Below are positions 17,626 to 24,044 of a stretch of DNA of 64,000 nt, piece by piece (positions within the stretch are counted from its first letter, which is position 1; the number at the start of each line of letters is the position of its first letter). Position numbers and translations under genes: made by a program. The DNA comes from an uncultured Dehalococcoidia bacterium (GTDB lineage Bacteria; Chloroflexota; Dehalococcoidia; Lucifugimonadales; Australimonadaceae). Under the pieces are notes generated by a model, which saw nothing but the letters and a program-made list of their open reading frames with translations, was not told the origin of the DNA and ran no database searches. The DNA lies in NCBI GenBank assembly GCA_958295525.1, contig OY282355.1, positions 655,504-719,503 on the forward strand, given 5' to 3'.

Positions 17626-18243
17626 TTAGGGCGAGGCTCCGATGCTCACGAGTTCTATCTCGAAGGTGAGGGCTTGGCCGGCGAGAGAGTGGTTCGCGTC
17701 AATGGTGAAGGTCGTGTCGGTGACGGCGATGACGCGGGCTTGCGCGCCGTTGGAGGCCGTGAGCGTCTCGCCTGGTTCGACGCCTTCCGGTGCGCGGTCG
17801 ATGGGCAATTCGAAGATGAGGGCGGGGTCCCGCTCACCGTACGCTTCGGACGGCTCCATTCGGACGGTGACGCTTTCGCCGACGGCGAGGCCGCGCACGG
17901 CGTTGTCGAAGCCGTCTATCACCTGGCCGGATCCGACGGTGAATTGCAGCGGGGCGCGCTCGCGGGACGAGTCGAATACGCTGCCGTCGTCGAGCGTCCC
18001 GTGGTAGTGGACGGACACGAGATCGCCGTCCTTCGCGGTCGAGCCGCCGTTGGGCGCAGGGGCGGGCGTTGGCGCGGAAGTCGGGGCGGCGGTTGGCGCA
18101 GGCTTTTGCGTTGGAGCGGGTTCCTCCGTTGGCGTTGGCGCGGGGTCGCTTCCGCACGCGGCGCCGAACGCGAGGGCGAGCAGAGCGCCGACGATGCAGG
18201 GGGCGGCCCTGCGGAGCGAGTTGGTGGTGGAGCGAATGGGCAC
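17626..18243 (-). CDS. FKBP-type peptidyl-prolyl isomerase lipoprotein (SlyD-like)
   Basis: Signal peptide with lipobox 'LAFGAAC', Pro/Thr/Ala linker, then 'DGDLVSVHYHGTLDDGSVFDSS...FTVGSGQVIDGFDNAVRGLAVGE'. Confidence 0.8.
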   Translation of the reverse strand: MPIRSTTNSLRRAAPCIVGALLALAFGAACGSDPAPTPTEEPAPTQKPAPTAAPTSAPTPAPAPNGGSTAKDGDLVSVHYHGTLDDGSVFDSSRERAPLQFTVGSGQVIDGFDNAVRGLAVGESVTVRMEPSEAYGERDPALIFELPIDRAPEGVEPGETLTASNGAQARVIAVTDTTFTIDANHSLAGQALTFEIELVSIGASP

Positions 18244-18318
18244 GATAGGCGTATGCTATCGGAAACGGCGCGCCGGGGCAACGGCGCTGGGGACGCCCTG
18301 CATAGAAGGAGGAAGGCG

Positions 18319-19164
18319 ATGCTGGTTGACTTGGCGCACACGAAAACGGAAGACGGCGTTACGCTGAGCGGAATCGTGCTGGAGCCGGAGCGTCCGCGCG
18401 CGGACCTGCTGGTGGACGCGATGGTGATGGTGCACGGCTCCGGCGGCAACTTCTACCTGTCGCCGTCGAACCCGCGCGCCGCGAAACTGCGGGATTTGGG
18501 GATTCCGGCGGCGCTCTTCAACACGCGGGGGCACGACGTGATCGGCGGGCGCGCAGGCAAGATCCGCACGGGCAACGCCTACGAGATGCTGTCGGAGACG
18601 CATCACGACCTGCGGGCGATGGTCGGCGTGATGGCGGAGCGGGGCTACCGGCGCGTCGGGATATGGGGCAGCAGCCTGGGCGCGGTGCGCGTCGTGCTGG
18701 CGCAGGCGAAGAATCAGGACACGAACGTCGCGGCGGTGATTTCGCTCGCGCCGCTGCGCTTCTCGCACGCCTACTACGCTTCCTGCGAAATGGCGGAGGA
18801 GCACCTGCGGAACTACGAGACGGCGAAAGCCCTCGCCGCCGCCGGCCGCGGGCACGAGATTATGTTCGTGGACTTCCCGAACCCGGGCGCGTACTTCTCC
18901 GCCGACGTGTACCTCGACCGCCACTGCTCCGAGCATTACGACGTCACGAAGGCGCATACGAACGAGATCGCCTGCCCGCTGCTGATCCTCACGGGGTCGG
19001 AGGAGACGCACCCCCGAATGCGCGACGCCGGCCGCGATATGGCCGCGCTCTGCGAGGGGCGGGACAACGTGACGTGGACGCACTTGGAGGGCGCGGACCA
19101 CGGCTGGCACAACCGCGAGGAGGATCTGTTCCGCGTCGTGCCGGAGTGGCTGGGGATGGGGTAG
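18319..19164 (+). CDS. Alpha/beta hydrolase
   Basis: Start at ATG 18319 (GGAGGAAGG upstream). 'MVHGSGGNF', nucleophile elbow 'IWGSSLGA', 'LILTGSEE', 'GADHG'. Confidence 0.7.
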   Translation: MLVDLAHTKTEDGVTLSGIVLEPERPRADLLVDAMVMVHGSGGNFYLSPSNPRAAKLRDLGIPAALFNTRGHDVIGGRAGKIRTGNAYEMLSETHHDLRAMVGVMAERGYRRVGIWGSSLGAVRVVLAQAKNQDTNVAAVISLAPLRFSHAYYASCEMAEEHLRNYETAKALAAAGRGHEIMFVDFPNPGAYFSADVYLDRHCSEHYDVTKAHTNEIACPLLILTGSEETHPRMRDAGRDMAALCEGRDNVTWTHLEGADHGWHNREEDLFRVVPEWLGMG

Positions 19165-19186
19165 GGGAGGTTCCGCCTACGCGGGG

Positions 19187-19459
19187 TCAGCCCTGCGCGA
19201 GCAACGCCGCCGCCTTCTTTCGCGCCTCCGGATCCGCTTTGGAGTTGGCGATGATGGCGAGAGCGTCTTTGCCGCGTCCGTGCCTGATGATGATACTGCG
19301 TATGCCGCTCGCGCGGATTCTACAAGCCACCGGACTGTATCCTTCGGCGTCTCTGATTCGCTGAGGCAGCGCAGGGTCGTCTGCGTGCTCGTAGTACTTG
19401 ACGAAGCACGCCTTGCCGACCGAGTTGAGCGCTCGGATCAACTGCTGGTCGTTCATCAT
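19187..19459 (-). CDS. Hypothetical 90-aa protein
   Basis: Isolated minus-strand ORF between two plus-strand genes. Balanced composition; no family recognised. Confidence 0.4.
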   Translation of the reverse strand: MMNDQQLIRALNSVGKACFVKYYEHADDPALPQRIRDAEGYSPVACRIRASGIRSIIIRHGRGKDALAIIANSKADPEARKKAAALLAQG

Positions 19460-19505
19460 CGGCGCGTTCCCCTCCGCGCTTGGGCGCGGGCGCTATCCTA
19501 CGCCT

Positions 19506-19994
19506 ATGGCGACCTTCGACGCAAATCTCTACCGGCAGGCGTGGCGGAAGTTTCCGACAGGCGTGAGCATCGTGACGACGCGCTCGGCGGACGGCGGGCC
19601 GTACGCGACGACGGCGAACGCGCTGCTGTCGGCGGCGCTCGATCCGCCGTTGCTACTGCTGAGCGTGGGCACCGGCGGGCAGACCTGCGCGAATCTGGCG
19701 CGGGAAGGGCTGTTCGGCGTCAGTTTCCTGCCGGACGACCAGGCAGAGGTCGCGGACTTCTATGCGCGGGCGTCGGCGGAGGAGCGCGGGACGCTTCCGC
19801 CGTCGCATACGGCGCCGGCGAGCGGAGTGGCGTTGCTGGACGGCGCGCTGGCGGCGATGGCGTGCCGCATCGAGCAGCAGATGGAGGCGGGCGACCATAC
19901 GCTGTTCGTGGCGTCGGTGGAGCACGTGGAGGTTGGGGAGGGGAGCGCGCTGCTGTTCTACGACGGGCGCTACGGGAGCGCGCGTCAGAGTTGA
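19506..19994 (+). CDS. Flavin reductase (HpaC-like NAD(P)H:flavin oxidoreductase)
   Basis: Start at ATG 19506. 'FRKFPTGVSIVTT'-type motif ('WRKFPTGVSIVTTRS'), 'DHTLFVASVEHVEV'. Confidence 0.8.
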   Translation: MATFDANLYRQAWRKFPTGVSIVTTRSADGGPYATTANALLSAALDPPLLLLSVGTGGQTCANLAREGLFGVSFLPDDQAEVADFYARASAEERGTLPPSHTAPASGVALLDGALAAMACRIEQQMEAGDHTLFVASVEHVEVGEGSALLFYDGRYGSARQS

Positions 19995-20026
19995 CGCTTG
20001 GCCTGAAGCCGGACTAGACTTAGCTA
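19990..20026 (+). promoter_or_regulatory. Promoter and palindromic operator candidate of TA cassette 1 (the -10 and palindrome recur in cassettes 2-4)
   Basis: TTGACG (19990-19995), 18-nt spacer, TAGACT (20014-20019), immediately followed by the palindrome TTAGCTAA (20019-20026) and AAGGAG. TAGACT + TTAGCTAA recur at 20331-20343, 21045-21057 and 21409-21421. Confidence 0.45.
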
Positions 20027-20050
20027 AGGCTAAGGCAAGGAGCGCGCGCG

Positions 20051-20584
20051 ATGGTCCAGGTGAATATGCACGAGGCGAAGGCGCAACTCTCGCGGCTGGG
20101 GGAACTGGCCTGCAAAGGGGAGCGCGTAGTGATCGCCAAGAACGGGAAGCCGTACCTCGACTTGGTTCCGCACCAGGAGGAGAAGCGGGAGCCGCGCAAG
20201 CCGGGCGCGCTGAAGGGTCAGATCTGGATGGCGCCGGACTTCGATGAGACTCCTCAAGACGTCATAGACTTGTTCGAGAACAGCAGGCTCTGGCCGCGGC
20301 GGGCGAGTAGGGCGAACGCGGCGGATGGAGTAGACTTAGCTAAGGCTAGGGTAAGGAGCGTGCGCGATGGTGCAAGTGAATATGCACGAGGCGAAGGCGC
20401 AACTCTCGCGGCTAGGGGAACTGGCCTGCAAAGGGGAGCGCGTGGTGATCGCCAAGAACGGGAAGCCGTACCTCGACTTGGTTCCGCATCAGGAGGAGAA
20501 GCGGCGCGAGCCGCGCCAAATGGGCGGTTACGAAGGGCAGATCCGGATCGGCCCGGGCTTCGAGTGGTCAGACGAGGAGATTGA
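20051..20584 (+). CDS. Phd/YefM-like antitoxin, cassette 1 (toxin-less; ORF reads through the junction)
   Basis: The first ~80 aa are antitoxin-like (MVQVNMHEAKAQLSRLGELACKGERVVIAKNGKPYLDLVP...MAPDFDETPQDVIDLFENS). There is no in-frame stop, so the ORF runs out of frame through cassette 2 to 20584. Only about 15 nt of a vapC 3' end remain after it. Confidence 0.55.
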   Translation: MVQVNMHEAKAQLSRLGELACKGERVVIAKNGKPYLDLVPHQEEKREPRKPGALKGQIWMAPDFDETPQDVIDLFENSRLWPRRASRANAADGVDLAKARVRSVRDGASEYARGEGATLAARGTGLQRGARGDRQEREAVPRLGSASGGEAARAAPNGRLRRADPDRPGLRVVRRGD

Positions 20585-20630
20585 CGAGTTCCTGAACCTC
20601 GACGACCCGAACGACCCGCTGAAGTGGTAG
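20367..20630 (+). CDS. Phd/YefM-like antitoxin, cassette 2
   Basis: 87 aa. N-terminal 46 aa identical to cassettes 1 and 4; unique C-terminus 'GQIRIGPGFEWSDEEIDEFLNLDDPNDPLKW'. Confidence 0.8.
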   Translation: MVQVNMHEAKAQLSRLGELACKGERVVIAKNGKPYLDLVPHQEEKRREPRQMGGYEGQIRIGPGFEWSDEEIDEFLNLDDPNDPLKW

Positions 20631-20640
20631 GCGGCGCCTA

Positions 20641-21024
20641 ATGCGGCTGTTGCTTGACTCGCATACGCTCCTTTGGAGCCTGGGCGATGTGCCTCGCCTG
20701 GGCGAGGTTGCGCGAGAGGCTATCCGCAGCCCGGAGAACGAGGTGTTCGTGAGCGCGGTGAGCATGTGGGAACTGGGAGTGAAACGGCGGAAAGGGCAGT
20801 TGGACGCGCCGGACGACCTCGTCTCCATCGTGGAGCAGCGCGGGTTCACTCCGCTCCCGCTGTCGCTCTTTCATGCGGAGCAGGCCACGAACTTGCCGAT
20901 GCATCACCGCGACCCGTTCGACCGGATGCTCGTGGCGCAGGCGCAGGCGGAGGGGCTGACCATCGTGACGACGGACGATGCACTGCGGCGTTACGGCGTG
21001 CGAACGATGGCGGCGGCCGAGTAG
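20641..21024 (+). CDS. vapC: PIN-domain toxin VapC, cassette 2
   Basis: 127 aa. 'LLLDSHTLLW', 'MWELGVK', 'HHRDPFDRMLVAQA', 'IVTTDDAL'. Confidence 0.85.
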   Translation: MRLLLDSHTLLWSLGDVPRLGEVAREAIRSPENEVFVSAVSMWELGVKRRKGQLDAPDDLVSIVEQRGFTPLPLSLFHAEQATNLPMHHRDPFDRMLVAQAQAEGLTIVTTDDALRRYGVRTMAAAE

Positions 21025-21082
21025 GGCGAGCGCGGCGGCTAGAGTAGACTTAGCTAAGGCTAGGCGAAAAGGAGCATGCGCG

Positions 21083-21388
21083 ATGGTGCAAGTGAATATG
21101 CACGACGCGAAGGCGCAACTCTCGCGGCTGGGGGAACTGGCCTGCAAAGGAGAGCGCGTCGTGATCGCCAAGAACGGGAAGCCATACCTCGACTTGGTTC
21201 CGCACCAGGAGGAGAAGCGGCGCGAGCCGCGCAAGATCGGCATCCTGAAGGAACAGGGCTGGCCCGAGCCGGAGTACCAGAAGTTCACGGAGGACGAGTT
21301 GCGGGAGATGTTCGGCGAGGACATCATCGGGCCGCCCAGCCATGACGAGCGGCGTTACGGCGTTCGGACGATGGCGGCGGGCGAGTAG
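21083..21388 (+). CDS. Phd/YefM-like antitoxin, cassette 3, fused in frame to the last 12 codons of vapC
   Basis: Start at ATG 21083. The sequence follows cassette 4's antitoxin up to 'GEDIIGPP', then ends 'RRYGVRTMAAGE', which is the exact C-terminus of the VapC proteins. Confidence 0.75.
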   Translation: MVQVNMHDAKAQLSRLGELACKGERVVIAKNGKPYLDLVPHQEEKRREPRKIGILKEQGWPEPEYQKFTEDELREMFGEDIIGPPSHDERRYGVRTMAAGE

Positions 21389-21444
21389 GGCGAATGCGGC
21401 GAGTCGAGTAGACTTAGCTAAGGCTAGGGTAAGGAGCGTGCGCG

Positions 21445-21723
21445 ATGGTGCAAGTGAATATGCACGAGGCGAAGGCGCAACTCTCGCGGCTGGGGGAACT
21501 GGCCTGCAAAGGGGAGCGCGTGGTGATCGCCAAGAACGGGAAGCCGTATCTCGACTTGGTTCCGCATCAGGAGGAGAAGCGGCGCGAGCCGCGCAAGCCG
21601 GGCATCCTCAAGGAGCAGGGCTGGCCTGAGCCGGAGTACCGGAAGTTCACGGAGGACGAGTTGCGGGAGATGTTCGGCGAGGACATCATCGGGCCGCCCA
21701 ACGGGGACGAGCGGCGGTCGTGA
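21445..21723 (+). CDS. Phd/YefM-like antitoxin, cassette 4
   Basis: 92 aa. C-terminus 'GILKEQGWPEPEYRKFTEDELREMFGEDIIGPP'. Stop is 1 nt before the vapC ATG. Confidence 0.8.
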   Translation: MVQVNMHEAKAQLSRLGELACKGERVVIAKNGKPYLDLVPHQEEKRREPRKPGILKEQGWPEPEYRKFTEDELREMFGEDIIGPPNGDERRS

Positions 21724-21724
21724 G

Positions 21725-22108
21725 ATGAGATTGCTGCTCGACTCGCATACGCTCTTGTGGTGGTTTTGGCACAGCCCCCCGCTCGGAACGCTGGCGGATA
21801 ACGCCATCCGCAGCCCCGATAACGAGGTTCTCGTGAGCGCCGCGAGTATATGGGAACTTGCCATCAAGCAAGCCTCAGGCAAACTTGCGGCGCCGGAGAA
21901 CCTCATTGCCCTCTGTGAAAAGGAAGGCTTCCATCTGCTTCCCATACAGCCGTTTCATGCCGAACGCGCAGGCGGGTTGCCGCCTCACCATCGCGACCCA
22001 TTCGACCGGATGCTCGTGGCGCAGGCGCAGGCGGAGGGGCTGACCATCGTGACGGCGGACGCTGCGCTGCGGCGTTACGGCGTTCGGACGATGGCGGCGG
22101 GCGAGTAG
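21725..22108 (+). CDS. vapC: PIN-domain toxin VapC, cassette 4
   Basis: 127 aa. First 12 and last ~38 aa nearly identical to the cassette 2 VapC; the central part is diverged. Confidence 0.85.
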   Translation: MRLLLDSHTLLWWFWHSPPLGTLADNAIRSPDNEVLVSAASIWELAIKQASGKLAAPENLIALCEKEGFHLLPIQPFHAERAGGLPPHHRDPFDRMLVAQAQAEGLTIVTADAALRRYGVRTMAAGE

Positions 22109-22129
22109 TAGGGCGGACGCGGGGCCCTT

Positions 22130-23755
22130 TTACGAACTCGCGGGGGCGGAGGGCGGCGGCGGGTTGGGGCGGCGCGAAGCGCGGGAGCGCTTGCCGGCGC
22201 GGTTTGCGAAGTAGACGATCACGGCGACGACGATGATGACCGGGATGAAGACGCCAACCCAGATGAGGAGCGTGAGCGCGACGACGCCGATCGCGGAGAG
22301 CGCGCGCACCGCCGCCCTGAGCGTGTCCCCGGCGTCCCATCCGGCGATGAGGAAGCCTTCGGACTCGACGACGTAGACGTTGAAGGAGCCGGATGCGGAG
22401 ACGCGCCCCGCGTCGCTCGTCGCGCTCACGGTGAACTGGACGCGGTAGGCGTCGGGCCGATAGTCGGCGTAGGCGTGCTCAGTCTCGACGCGGGTCGCGC
22501 CGTCCGCGATCTGACCGCTGACGGTGGGCGAGCCGTCGCCGAAATTCCACTGATATTCGTAGTCCGCGAGTTCCGCAGGCGAGGTGAACGATGCGGCGTA
22601 ACGGACGCTTTCGCCCTCCTCGACGGTGCGGCTGTCGCCCGCGAACACCTCGATGGACGGAACTTCCTTGACGTCGGCTATGAGCGTGTCCTCGCCGACT
22701 GCGACGCCGCTCTCGCCTGTTCCGGTGAGCGTGATGGAGACGATGTAGGGGGAGTCCTTGTCGTCGGCGTAGACGTGATTGACGGTGGCGGTTACGCGGC
22801 GGCCTCCCTGAAGAGGAGCGCTGCCGGAGCCGTCGGTTTGCGAGCCGTCGCCGAAGTCCCATACGAAGGTGTAGTCATCGATGCCGTCAGGCGGCGCGAA
22901 GGTGGCGCGGAAGCGGGCGGTTTCGCCGACGCGGAAGGCGGCGTCGGGGCCCGCGTCCACGCTCAGGGCGAGCGGCGCGAGCGTGAGGCGCGCCTCGATG
23001 AGCGAGAAGGCGGAGACCTGCTCGTAATAGTTGATGCGGCCTTGCATCTCCTCGATTTGGAGTTGCACGGCGGTAAGTTGCTCTTGCACGAGAAGCGCTT
23101 CCTCGACGTCGGCGGCGAGGTCGAGGAACTCGCGGAGGCGGGTTTCGGTGGCGCGGAGGCCGGAGAGCCGTGACTGCGCGTCCACGTAGCGGTCGGTCAC
23201 GTCCTCGCTGCTCACGTCGCGCTCGACGACGTCCTGCGCGGCGGTCTCGATCATCTCGAGGGCGGCGTCGAGCGATTGGGCGGGAACGCGCACGGCGATG
23301 GACGCGGCATGGCGCGACTCGCGGTCGGAACTAACGAGCCATCCGCCGAGCCCGAGCGCGACGTCGCGGATGCGGTCCACTCCCTGCGCGACGTCGGCGA
23401 CGATGAGGTTGAGTTTGGCCGTGTGGACGATGACGCGGTTCTGGGGGAGGGGGGAGAGGCGAGGTCCGCCGCCGCTGTTGGCGTCCGCCGCGCCGTCGCC
23501 TGATTCGTCTTGCGCGAACGCGGCCATTGCAGTTGGGGTAGGGAAAGCGGAGACGGCGTCCGCCGCGCTTCCCTCGGTGCCTGCGGGGCCTCGCGCCCCG
23601 GCTGCCCCGGAGCCTGAGAAGACGTCTGCGGCGCTTCCTCGTGAGGAGTCCGGCGCTAGAGTCGGGTCTCCTCCGGCGCAGGCGCCCGCGAGCAGCAGCG
23701 CTGCGGGAAGCAGCGCTGCGACGGCGGCGCGGAGGATCTTGGCGGGTGCGTTCAT
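22130..23755 (-). CDS. DUF4349-like lipoprotein with two inserted PKD domains and a C-terminal TM anchor
   Basis: 541 aa. Lipobox 'LLAGAC'; coiled-coil region 'RYVDAQSRLSGLRATETRLREFL'; PKD signatures 'WDFGDGS' and 'WNFGDGS'; C-terminal TM 'VVALTLLIWVGVFIPVIIVVAVIVYF'. Confidence 0.65.
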   Translation of the reverse strand: MNAPAKILRAAVAALLPAALLLAGACAGGDPTLAPDSSRGSAADVFSGSGAAGARGPAGTEGSAADAVSAFPTPTAMAAFAQDESGDGAADANSGGGPRLSPLPQNRVIVHTAKLNLIVADVAQGVDRIRDVALGLGGWLVSSDRESRHAASIAVRVPAQSLDAALEMIETAAQDVVERDVSSEDVTDRYVDAQSRLSGLRATETRLREFLDLAADVEEALLVQEQLTAVQLQIEEMQGRINYYEQVSAFSLIEARLTLAPLALSVDAGPDAAFRVGETARFRATFAPPDGIDDYTFVWDFGDGSQTDGSGSAPLQGGRRVTATVNHVYADDKDSPYIVSITLTGTGESGVAVGEDTLIADVKEVPSIEVFAGDSRTVEEGESVRYAASFTSPAELADYEYQWNFGDGSPTVSGQIADGATRVETEHAYADYRPDAYRVQFTVSATSDAGRVSASGSFNVYVVESEGFLIAGWDAGDTLRAAVRALSAIGVVALTLLIWVGVFIPVIIVVAVIVYFANRAGKRSRASRRPNPPPPSAPASS

Positions 23756-23831
23756 AGGGCGATGATACAGGAAAGCGCGGGCGCCCGCCGCCCGGACGCG
23801 CGTTGCGCTCCGTCCGGCGCTTGCGCGGCCT

Positions 23832-23915
23832 CTGGATTCCCACCTACGCGGGAACGACGGGAGGGCGCGTGAATAACGATGGGGGCGAGATTCCGCTTAC
23901 GCGGGAATATCGGGG
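23832..23915. repeat. Two degenerate REP-like hairpins
   Basis: ctggattcccacctacgcgggaacgacgg and ggggcgagattccgcttacgcgggaatatcgggg. Confidence 0.7.
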
Positions 23916-24044
23916 CAAGGGGCACGGGAATATCGGGACAGGAGGCGCCCCGGTCCCTCAGTCCCGCGCGCCCTGTCCGCAAATCGGGGAACCTGACGAA
24001 TGGAGTATAATCGCGCCCTCTGACTTGGACTGGAGAAGACGGCA

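Larger units (their letters stand above)
20014..22125 (+). repeat. Tandem array of four Phd-like antitoxin (+/- VapC) cassettes
   Basis: Cassettes start at 20014, 20331, 21045 and 21409. They share the junction '(atggcggcgg)gcgagtagggcga..gcggc...tagacttagctaaggcta.g..aaggagc.tgcgcgATGgtgcaagtgaatatgcacga' and about 140 nt of antitoxin 5' coding sequence. Confidence 0.9.

Noticed and set aside
20051-20584. Genuine 177-aa protein
   Set aside because: Only the first ~80 aa are antitoxin-like. The remainder is an out-of-frame read through the junction and the cassette 2 antitoxin gene (Arg/Ala/Gly-rich), most simply explained by loss of the stop codon along with the toxin.
20014-22125. TA array as an integron cassette array
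   Set aside because: No intI integrase nearby. The junctions are homologous gene ends and promoter sequence rather than attC-type imperfect inverted repeats. All cassettes are paralogous.
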